Shown: piece by piece, positions 39,101 through 45,379 of the stretch
Layout: each line of letters begins with the position of its first letter
Numbering within the stretch: position 1 is the stretch's first letter
Source: Candidatus Omnitrophota bacterium
GTDB lineage: Bacteria > Omnitrophota > Gorgyraeia > VGKH01
DNA: 64,000 bases
Reading direction: 5' to 3'
NCBI GenBank assembly: GCA_022703055.1
Contig: JAKLEP010000003.1
Span: 214,238-278,237 of the forward strand
Position numbers and translations under genes: made by a program
The notes under the pieces: model-generated
The model's input: the letters and a program-made list of their open reading frames with translations, nothing else
Database searches by the model: none
Told to the model about the DNA's origin: nothing

Positions 39101-39498
39101 ACCGTCATCCAAGAATCAAAAACAGTGCTATTTTTTCTTACATGCCCCATTTCCGCCTTGTGGTATCCCCTCTTCTTCACAATTTCGTTAAATGGCACCA
39201 CCTCTTTTTCTAATTGTTCTTTAGTATGAAAAATGCTTAAATGTTTGCCGATAACTTCTGAAACGCAATAACCATGCATTTCTGCCCAGGCATCATTACA
39301 AAACCGGATAATCCCTTCCATATTAGCAACAGCGATGCCATCGATGGATTGTTCGACTGCGCGTTCCAAAATACGAAATGTCTCGGCAACGAATTTTTGT
39401 TCAGAGATTTCTTCGGGAAGTTGTATTTCTTTAGGTAAGAAACTGCCTAGGGAAGAAAAAGAATTTAAAAACTGGTCATTATTCGTGACCTTAGACAT
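36175..39498 (-). CDS. multidomain c-di-GMP signalling protein: PAS x~4 - GAF-like - GGDEF - HD-GYP
   Basis: Start at ATG 39498 (GGAG SD 5 nt upstream). Repeated PAS-type blocks up to ~aa 530; GGDEF domain with RFGGEEF; C-terminal HD-GYP (HDLGKIGV ... HHERWDGKGYP). Confidence 0.85.
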   Translation of the reverse strand: MSKVTNNDQFLNSFSSLGSFLPKEIQLPEEISEQKFVAETFRILERAVEQSIDGIAVANMEGIIRFCNDAWAEMHGYCVSEVIGKHLSIFHTKEQLEKEVVPFNEIVKKRGYHKAEMGHVRKNSTVFDSWMTVTLLKDEKDNPLGLIATARDITGQKQLQEALGKSEQQYRNIIDSMSDAIHVVDKDLRLVVFNPVFRKWNKGLGLQIDVIGKNVFEVFPFLDEKVREEYKKVIETGQILQTEETTKIGDEEITTETRKIPVFEGDEVIQVLTAIRDITSRKQIDQELRFLSEIARNMSEGVNLISLKDGSILYTNNKFDEMFGYVQGELIGKHASILNASYGKNAGDFAKEITVALEKDGLWKGEICNIKKDGTSFWGFASVSVFEHPKYGKVAVSVHTNITDQKQKSKELKISEEKYRFIFEKSRIFAIVMDKDYKLKDINECSLEVLGYSGEEILGRNCLDFVVPEDRKKVIENITNIMAGEESPEVEINIYAKDKSVHAILFSQGQQFIFSETGEAEGVLFTGVDITERKRVERQQSSVTTGLRAVLEAADKLIACPDIDTVFKRAIEFARERFGLERCAIFIEENGSVRGIYGTDRYGRTTDERSLKFEKNEVWKRRLKMLDARDPNWFVVREPQLEWDGRSSVKIGEGWIAVTPIQSAHRPIGVFVNDSAISGSVLDPMKQDTLAVFCSLIGNVIERKRAEQKLEVVNKRLLQTSRRFKQLSLRDSHTGLFNHRYLVEIIESEFNRAKRYGFSLSYIMLDLDYFKSVNDVYGHQFGDLILKQFARHLKQIVRQYDILVRFGGEEFVIISPGIDRETALVLSQRILNSVYLKSFGNDEHSVKLKLSIAVSSFPEDNVNSGMDLVNMADKVLNKAKEDGGDRVYCFEDTKKSKMELMQTTNGHNNIQFLQEKLDKLTKRANQSLIESIFAFAKTIKLKDNYTGEHVENTVYFAGELAKKLGLPENKIEQVKQAAQLHDLGKIGVSDKILLKKTKLSKSEFEEIKKHPMIAADILRPIQFLQDIIPSILYHHERWDGKGYPFGLKGEEIPIGARIVAISDVYHALISDRPYRPAFSKAQATKLIKAGAGTQFDPKIVDVFLALS

Positions 39499-39574
39499 AC
39501 ACTCCTCTCTGTACAATCGATTTAAGTATATGTCCGTGGCTTATTTTGTTACAGGAAAGCGTTTTCTTTCTTAA

Positions 39575-39603
39575 AGTATAGACTGGAATTTGTTAATTTT
39601 CAA
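39575..39603 (-). promoter_or_regulatory. candidate promoter of the PAS-GGDEF-HD-GYP gene
   Basis: Minus strand TTGAAA (39603-39598), 17-nt spacer, TATACT (39580-39575). Confidence 0.35.
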
Positions 39604-39649
39604 GTGGGTAATGATGATACACAACTTTATGTCCTTAAAATGCAACGAG

Positions 39650-40441
39650 TTATGGCTTTTTATTTTTTTGGGATTTAAATATTTCGTATGCTTTAGCTGC
39701 AGGGACCTTGTCGTGGACTATCGCCCTTACGGCTTTAATCATACCGACAGGATTTGTTGATTGGAATATATTCCTGCCCATATCTACGCCGACGGCACCC
39801 TCGGATATGGCATTGTGCGCAAGCTTAAGCGCTTCCATCTCGGAAACTTTCTTCCCTCCGGCGATAACCACAGGTACGGGGCAAGACTCTACTACGGTCT
39901 TAAAATCTTCGCAATAATAAGTCTTCACGAAATGCGCGCCTAGTTCCGCAGCAATCCGGCAAGCCAAAGATAAATATCGCGCATCTCGCGCCATTTCTTT
40001 TCCAACAGCAGTCACAGCCAAAACCGGAATTCCGTAATCCTCTGCTTGGTCAACTAAATCGGCAAGGTTTTTCAAAGTCTGGTGCTCATATTTTGAGCCC
40101 ACATAAATAGAAAGCGCGACAGCTGCCGCATTTAGACGAATGGCATCCTTCATTGATACGGTTATAGCTTCGTTTGATAAATCTTCTCCTACTATACTAT
40201 TAGCGCCAGATACCCTAAGCACTATAGGTACATCTGCGCTTGCATCAACAGAATTCCTTAACACGCCTCTGGTTAACATCAATGAATCGGCATAAGGCAA
40301 AAGTGGCTCAATAGTTTTAGAAGGATTCTCTAAACCTGTGGTCGGCCCCAAAAAATACCCGTGGTCAACTGCCAGCATAACTGTTTTTCCGGTTTTCGGA
40401 TTAATTATCCTTGATAAACGATTCTTCATGCCCCAATCCAT
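39650..40441 (-). CDS. LsrF/DhnA-family class I aldolase-fold enzyme (DeoC/LacD superfamily)
   Basis: 263 aa; N-terminal [37 protein letters not shown] and the Schiff-base-lysine block FVKTYY. From memory, close to E. coli LsrF (3-hydroxy-5-phosphonooxypentane-2,4-dione thiolase). Confidence 0.65.
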   Translation of the reverse strand: MDWGMKNRLSRIINPKTGKTVMLAVDHGYFLGPTTGLENPSKTIEPLLPYADSLMLTRGVLRNSVDASADVPIVLRVSGANSIVGEDLSNEAITVSMKDAIRLNAAAVALSIYVGSKYEHQTLKNLADLVDQAEDYGIPVLAVTAVGKEMARDARYLSLACRIAAELGAHFVKTYYCEDFKTVVESCPVPVVIAGGKKVSEMEALKLAHNAISEGAVGVDMGRNIFQSTNPVGMIKAVRAIVHDKVPAAKAYEIFKSQKNKKP

Positions 40442-40453
40442 AACAAAACCTCC

Positions 40454-41482
40454 TTATTTCTGCGGATGAATTACTACCTTAATAGAATTCTTTGCCTCAG
40501 CCACCAGCTTAAAACCTTTTTGCGTATCAGCCAGGCCGAATCGATGCGTAATCATATCCTTAACATTAATTTTACCAGATGAAATCAATTTTAACGCTTC
40601 AATATGTTCTTCAGGGCTGGCTGCGTAAGATGACATTAGCGTTACTTCGTTTCGCCAAAAGATTTTATTTACATCTAATGATATCTTAACGCCTTCGTCG
40701 GTTGCGGCAAAAAACAATATCGCCCCTCCCCGATCGACTGATTCCAGAGCCTGCTCTATCGCGCTTTTTGCTCCGGTGCATAAAATAATCAAATCGGCAA
40801 GGCGAGAATTATTGGCTTTTAATAAGCGCTCAACAGAAAAATCTTTGGCGTTAATTATTTCATCGGCACCAAATTGTTTTGCGGATTTGAGCCGGAAATC
40901 ATTAATATCAGTAGCAATAACCTTACTGGCTTTGTTCAATTTTGCCATTTGAATATGCAAAAGACCAGAGATTCCGCTACCCATCACCAAAACGCTTTTG
41001 CCTTGGCTCATCTTGACTAATCTCTGAGCTCTTAAAACACAAGCCAATGGCTCAGTGAAAGTTGCGTCGTCATAAGAAACATTGTCAGTAATTATATAAA
41101 CCCCTTTCTCTACATTGATAGCCGGCAATCTCACGAATTCGGCAAATCCTCCAGGATAAAAATTCGTCTTCCTTAATGTATCACAAACGCTGGTATGACC
41201 ATTTAGACAATAATGACACTTACCGCAAGGGACATGATGCGAAGCACAAATGCGCTGGCCAACCTTATATTCTTTTACATCTTTGCCCACTCCGACAATC
41301 TCCCCGGCAATTTCATGACCCAAAACCAAAGGCACCTTATGCTTTCTATACCAAAACATAACATCTGAGCCGCAAATGCCGCTTGCCTCTACTTTGATCA
41401 AAATTTCATCTGACGAGATCTCTGGCTTCGGCGTCTCTTCCAGACGGACATCATCATTGTTATAATACATTGCAACTTTCAT
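40454..41482 (-). CDS. zinc-dependent alcohol/polyol dehydrogenase (MDR family)
   Basis: 342 aa; catalytic-zinc GHE, structural-zinc Cys cluster (C..C..C.......C), GSGISG Rossmann. Confidence 0.8.
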   Translation of the reverse strand: MKVAMYYNNDDVRLEETPKPEISSDEILIKVEASGICGSDVMFWYRKHKVPLVLGHEIAGEIVGVGKDVKEYKVGQRICASHHVPCGKCHYCLNGHTSVCDTLRKTNFYPGGFAEFVRLPAINVEKGVYIITDNVSYDDATFTEPLACVLRAQRLVKMSQGKSVLVMGSGISGLLHIQMAKLNKASKVIATDINDFRLKSAKQFGADEIINAKDFSVERLLKANNSRLADLIILCTGAKSAIEQALESVDRGGAILFFAATDEGVKISLDVNKIFWRNEVTLMSSYAASPEEHIEALKLISSGKINVKDMITHRFGLADTQKGFKLVAEAKNSIKVVIHPQK

Positions 41483-41494
41483 AAGATTAGACTT

Positions 41495-42091
41495 TTAAAG
41501 TTCCCTTCGGGATTCCAAGGAAAGCGAAAGTGTAGTTGAATCGATATATTCTAAATTGCTACCGACGGGAACCCCCAAGCCTATGCGCGTCACTTTGACG
41601 CCCAGCGGCTTTATAAGTTTATTAAGATAGATTGCCGTGGTTTCCCCTTCGGTATCAGAATCTGTAGCGATGATAATTTCTTTTATGTTTTTATTCTTGA
41701 TTCTATCGATCAATTCTTTGATTTTTATGTCTTCCGGGCCCCTTCCGTCTAGAGGAGAAATCGAACCCATCAAAACATGATACAAGCCTTGAAATTTTGC
41801 CGTCTTTTCAAAAGCGATGACATCCTTCGGCTCCTCGACTACGCAGATGGTAGAATTATCCCGCGCCGGATTCTGGCAGATCTGGCAAACTTCGCCCTCA
41901 GTCAAAATATTGCAAATCTTACAAAGCCTGATATTCTGTTTTGCCCTGATTATCGCGCTGGTCAAATTTTTTACATCCGCATCGGAAGACTGCAGCAGAA
42001 ACATGGCGATTCTTTCAGCGCTGCGCCTGCCGATTCCAGGCAACTTTACTAATTTTGCGATAAGTTCTTCTAATGATTTTGTATAAGCCAT
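41495..42091 (-). CDS. recR: recombination protein RecR
   Basis: 198 aa; HhH LPGIG.RSAER, C4 zinc finger C..C....E...C.IC, Toprim domain. Confidence 0.9.
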   Translation of the reverse strand: MAYTKSLEELIAKLVKLPGIGRRSAERIAMFLLQSSDADVKNLTSAIIRAKQNIRLCKICNILTEGEVCQICQNPARDNSTICVVEEPKDVIAFEKTAKFQGLYHVLMGSISPLDGRGPEDIKIKELIDRIKNKNIKEIIIATDSDTEGETTAIYLNKLIKPLGVKVTRIGLGVPVGSNLEYIDSTTLSLSLESRREL

Positions 42092-42097
42092 ATAAAA

Positions 42098-43705
42098 TTA
42101 TTCCTGTTCTTCCTTATGATGCCAGCGGTTGATTACCCTGCCTTTGAAGGTATCCATGGCGGATTTAATCAGCGGTCCATGTTCCGAACTATCGCGATCA
42201 GGAGAATCCTGAACGGTCTCAAACTTAACCTTAATATCCTTATCAGTCAATTGCTTAAGATGCGACTCGATTAATTTCTTGTTATTATCCTGTTCCAGAA
42301 GTTCCTTATGCAGGTTCGCTTCTTTAAGCAGGCCGACAATCAAGGTATCAGAATCAATCCTTAAAAGGCTTCCCTCCTGCAAGAATGTAGCCACAGACAT
42401 TTTAATCTTGCCTATATTTTCAATGAGGTTTGCCCAAATACTCTTGACTTCTTCTAAAGTTATGTTTAAAACCGTACGTTCCTGTGCTGGATTTTCTTTT
42501 TTTTCCGGAGCCTCAGGCTTTATAGCAGAGCTACTATCCTTTGGATTGTTTATCTTGGGATTTTTATCAATTGGCTTTTTGACCTCCACTCTCTTCTCGG
42601 AATATTCAACAGCCGATTCCCTAGTTGCCAGTTTTGCAATGGCCATCTCCAAAGGTATATGTAAAGAATCTATCTTACGGGCTATTTCCTGAGTAGTGAC
42701 AAAAGTCTCGATAATATTAATTATCTGGGCTACGGAAAACTGCTGCGATTGTTTCAAGACTTTATCTTTTAACTCCGGCGGCAAATCCAGAAGCGACTCT
42801 AGACTTTTTCCGCCAACCCTAGCAATAAGCAAATTGCGAAAATGCTCAATGAGGCTGGAAATAAAAGTACCTGTGTTTTTGCCTTCGTTGATTAATCTAT
42901 CAATCAATTTTATCGCGGACACAGCATCTTTCTGGGATATCAAATCGGTGATTTCAAAAAGATAATCCTCTTCGACTATGCCTAAGACGTCTGAAACATC
43001 AGAAAACTTGATTTTCTTATTGGAAAACGCGCTTATCTGATCCAATATGGATTCTGCGTCGCGCATGCTCCCCGATGCCGCCTTGGCAATGGCGAAAAAT
43101 GCGTCTTTATCCACATTTAATTTCTCTTCCTGGGCGATTTTTTCCAACTTCTCAATAATCTTTACGATTGAGATCTTGCGAAACTCGAATTTCTGGCAAC
43201 GGGAAAGTATCGTAGGAGGAACTTTGTTGACCTGAGTCGTAGCAAAGATAAACTTAACATGCGATGGCGGTTCTTCCAAAGTCTTAAGCAGCGCATTGAA
43301 TGCCTCTGTCGTCAACATGTGGACTTCATCGATGATGTATATCTTGAATTTGCCCGAAGTCGGAGAGAATTTTACGTTTTCTCTCAAAGCGCGGATTTCA
43401 TCGATACCGCGATTGGATGCACCGTCGATTTCTATGACGTCGAAGCTTCGGGATTCATTAATTTCTTTACAGCTATCACATTTTTCGCAAGGGCTAATCG
43501 TGGGGCCGGTTTTGCAGTTTAGAGATTTGGCTAAGATTCTAGCGCAGGAAGTCTTTCCAATGCCGCGTGGTCCGGAAAAGATATAGGCGTGCGCGACCTT
43601 TCCCTGCTTGATGGCATTCTTTAAGGTGCTAGTGATGTGTTCCTGGCCGATAACTTCATCGAAGTTTCTCGGCCTAAATTTTCTCGCTAAGACAATATAT
43701 GACAT
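42098..43705 (-). CDS. dnaX: DNA polymerase III subunit gamma/tau
   Basis: 535 aa; YRP..F.EV.GQ, Walker A GPRGIGKTS, zinc module C..C..C, SRC motif. Confidence 0.9.
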   Translation of the reverse strand: MSYIVLARKFRPRNFDEVIGQEHITSTLKNAIKQGKVAHAYIFSGPRGIGKTSCARILAKSLNCKTGPTISPCEKCDSCKEINESRSFDVIEIDGASNRGIDEIRALRENVKFSPTSGKFKIYIIDEVHMLTTEAFNALLKTLEEPPSHVKFIFATTQVNKVPPTILSRCQKFEFRKISIVKIIEKLEKIAQEEKLNVDKDAFFAIAKAASGSMRDAESILDQISAFSNKKIKFSDVSDVLGIVEEDYLFEITDLISQKDAVSAIKLIDRLINEGKNTGTFISSLIEHFRNLLIARVGGKSLESLLDLPPELKDKVLKQSQQFSVAQIINIIETFVTTQEIARKIDSLHIPLEMAIAKLATRESAVEYSEKRVEVKKPIDKNPKINNPKDSSSAIKPEAPEKKENPAQERTVLNITLEEVKSIWANLIENIGKIKMSVATFLQEGSLLRIDSDTLIVGLLKEANLHKELLEQDNNKKLIESHLKQLTDKDIKVKFETVQDSPDRDSSEHGPLIKSAMDTFKGRVINRWHHKEEQE

Positions 43706-43729
43706 AATTTATATAATACAAAAATAGTT

Positions 43730-44104
43730 TTATGTTTCTACAAGATTTTGAAATGCTTTAATATGCGACTCATGCGAATCAAGCTTACCTTCTTCAGCCC
43801 ATTTTTTAATAGTTTCTTTAGTATATTTTTTCTCAAATCGCTTAATCATTTTTATTGAGTTAAACGTCAATTCATTGGCATGGGCCTCGGCTTTGGCAAT
43901 TAGAGCGACGGCTTCCTTATCACCAATGTTCATTTTTTCCAATTTTTGATAAGCGGCTAAAACGGCGGTTGATTGTCTGTATATTTCCCAAGCCTGTTCA
44001 CGATTATAATTTACCAATTTTGAATGTTTCTTATTGGCGTAAATTGCATAGCCGAAGCTAACAAATGTTATCAATGTTCCAATTATTGTAAATATAATCT
44101 CCAT
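43730..44104 (-). CDS. hypothetical protein with one N-terminal TM helix
   Basis: 124 aa; MEIIFTIIGTLITFVSFGYAIY then helical soluble part; ATG 2 nt after the GIY-YIG stop. Confidence 0.4.
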   Translation of the reverse strand: MEIIFTIIGTLITFVSFGYAIYANKKHSKLVNYNREQAWEIYRQSTAVLAAYQKLEKMNIGDKEAVALIAKAEAHANELTFNSIKMIKRFEKKYTKETIKKWAEEGKLDSHESHIKAFQNLVET

Positions 44105-44106
44105 AT

Positions 44107-44367
44107 TTAATCCTCCAAATTAACAATGGGGCTAATAATCTTACACAATTTTCTGCGCCCCGTTGTAGATTTGTAAAACTTTTCCTTCTGTCGGGCCTCG
44201 CTTAATGTTTCAAATGACTCGGTATAAATTAATTTGTAAGGACGATACGGACGCGACGATTTAACCTTACCAGCATTGTGCTCAGTTAAGCGTTTACCAA
44301 CATCTTCAGCCACGCCAGTATAAGTCTTTGTTTTTGCTTTGCTTAAAAGAACATAAACATGATGCAT
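44107..44367 (-). CDS. GIY-YIG nuclease-family protein (UPF0213-type, 86 aa)
   Basis: HHVYVLLS...KTYTGVA.D...RL.EHN.GK......YRPYKLIY.E.F....EA...E...K: full-length small GIY-YIG domain. Confidence 0.8.
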   Translation of the reverse strand: MHHVYVLLSKAKTKTYTGVAEDVGKRLTEHNAGKVKSSRPYRPYKLIYTESFETLSEARQKEKFYKSTTGRRKLCKIISPIVNLED

Positions 44368-44428
44368 AACTTCCTAACTTGTTGTTGGCGGACCCGCCTC
44401 GCCAGATTCTCTGGCGGGCGAGGTCTCG

Positions 44429-44464
44429 CCATTTTTGCCTGAGTTTAACTTGAGGCAAAAATGG
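44429..44464 (-). terminator. hairpin that base-pairs the 3' CCA of tRNA-Ser(GCT) with downstream sequence
   Basis: Plus-strand ccatttttgcct (44429-44440) / aggcaaaaatgg (44453-44464), 12-bp stem. On the minus strand it starts with the tRNA CCA. Confidence 0.4.
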
Positions 44465-44554
44465 CGGAGAGGCTGGGATTTGAACCCAGGGGCCCACTTT
44501 TGGCAGGCCAATCGCTTAGCAGGCGACTCCGTTCGGCCGCTCCGGCACCTCTCC
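44462..44554 (-). tRNA. tRNA-Ser(GCT), CCA encoded
   Basis: Hand fold: acceptor GGAGAGG/CCTCTCC, anticodon arm GTCGC-CTGCTAA-GCGAT, long variable arm, T arm CTGGG-TTCAAAT-CCCAG. Confidence 0.9.
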
Positions 44555-44585
44555 AAATTTCCCTTGCTTACTTGTATGAAATTTC

Positions 44586-44629
44586 GGATCCCGAGCCCGC
44601 CTTGAATTTTAATTCAGCGGCGAGGGATC
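44586..44629. repeat. structured repeat, copy A (GGATCCCGAG...CGAGGGATC)
   Basis: ggatcccgag-cccgccttgaattttaattcagcgg-cgagggatc; preceded by gaaatttc as in copy B; lies between the tadA stop and tRNA-Ser(GCT). Confidence 0.6.
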
Positions 44630-44638
44630 TCTATTTTG

Positions 44639-45115
44639 TCAATTGTTCTTGGCTGCTTCTATTTTCCGTTTCCTTTTAAAGAACTCGGTCAAGAGCTTGC
44701 CGCATTCTTCTTCTTGGATCCCTTTTTTAACGGCTATGCGATGATTAAGTTTTTTGTTGTTGGCGATTTCGATTACCGAACCGCAGGCTCCTGTCTTGGG
44801 ATCTTTGGCGCCAAAATAAATTTTCTTTACCCTGGATAAAACAAGCGCCCCCGCGCACATGCTGCAGGGCTCAATTGTCACATATAAAGAACAGTCGCTA
44901 AGCCACTTGGACCCGAGATAGTTTGTCGCTTCAGTGATGGCAATCATCTCTGCATGGGCAGTGGGATCTTTCAGTAGCTCGACTTGATTATGCGCCCTGG
45001 CAATGATCTTACCATTATAAACTACAACTGCTCCGACGGGAACTTCGTCATTCTTAAAAGCCTCTTTTGCTTCCTTTAAGGCTTCATTCATAAACAAAAT
45101 ATCAGTCTTAGACAT
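44639..45115 (-). CDS. tadA: tRNA-specific adenosine deaminase
   Basis: 158 aa; CDA zinc motifs HAEM and PCSMCAGAL; length and N-terminus typical of TadA. Confidence 0.9.
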   Translation of the reverse strand: MSKTDILFMNEALKEAKEAFKNDEVPVGAVVVYNGKIIARAHNQVELLKDPTAHAEMIAITEATNYLGSKWLSDCSLYVTIEPCSMCAGALVLSRVKKIYFGAKDPKTGACGSVIEIANNKKLNHRIAVKKGIQEEECGKLLTEFFKRKRKIEAAKNN

Positions 45116-45128
45116 AGATATTAAACAA

Positions 45129-45202
45129 TGCGCCTGACTGGATTTGAACCAGTAACGCCCAGCTCCGTAGGCTGGTGCTCTATCCAGTTGAGCTACAGGC
45201 GC
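45129..45202 (-). tRNA. tRNA-Arg(ACG), CCA not encoded
   Basis: Hand fold: acceptor GCGCCTG/CAGGCGC, D arm GCTC/GAGC, anticodon arm CCAGC-CTACGGA-GCTGG, T arm ACTGG-TTCAAAT-CCAGT. Confidence 0.9.
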
Positions 45203-45242
45203 AATATATTTTAAGAGACCTAAACTTCTGTTTTGTTAGAAC

Positions 45243-45364
45243 AACACCCAGCTCCGTCCCTCGCTCTTGCTCTTGACGGAATCCCGAGTTTCGCTCGGGA
45301 CGAAGTCCAACATGAAACGAGGGACTCCGTAGGCTGATGCTCTATCCAATTGAGCTATGGGCGC
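45243..45364 (-). pseudogene. decayed tRNA-Arg(ACG) copy (positions ~1-48 only) interrupted in the anticodon loop/stem by a 73-nt insert
   Basis: Minus strand GCGCCCATAGCTCAATTGGATAGAGCATCAGCCTACGGAG[insert]CTGGGTGTT matches the intact tRNA-Arg with ~6 substitutions. No T arm or 3' acceptor strand follows. Insert is flanked by direct repeat ACGGAG (plus-strand ctccgt at 45252-45257 and 45325-45330). Confidence 0.6.
45278..45326. repeat. structured repeat, copy C (diverged; inside the pseudo-tRNA insert)
   Basis: ggaatcccgag-tttcgctcgggacgaagtccaacatgaaa-cgagggactc; same end motifs as copies A and B with one inserted/changed base each. Confidence 0.4.
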
Positions 45365-45379
45365 AAAAAGAATTGATTT

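Noticed and set aside
42092-42097. Absence of ybaB/ebfC between dnaX and recR
   Set aside because: The gap is only 6 nt, so the usual dnaX-ybaB-recR trio is reduced to two genes here. The gene may simply be elsewhere, which cannot be judged from one window.
44306-44679. Track ORFs 44306-44497, 44374-44556 and 44461-44679 (also 46722-46916 and 47432-47620)
   Set aside because: They are read through tRNA-Ser genes and their hairpin trailers in either orientation. They are GC-rich tRNA sequence translated by chance.
45252-45330. The possibility that the 73-nt insert in the tRNA-Arg-like sequence is a self-splicing (group I) or BHB-type tRNA intron
   Set aside because: It is far too short for a group I core (about 200 nt or more). 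More importantly, no T arm or 3' acceptor strand follows, so no functional tRNA could be restored by removing it.
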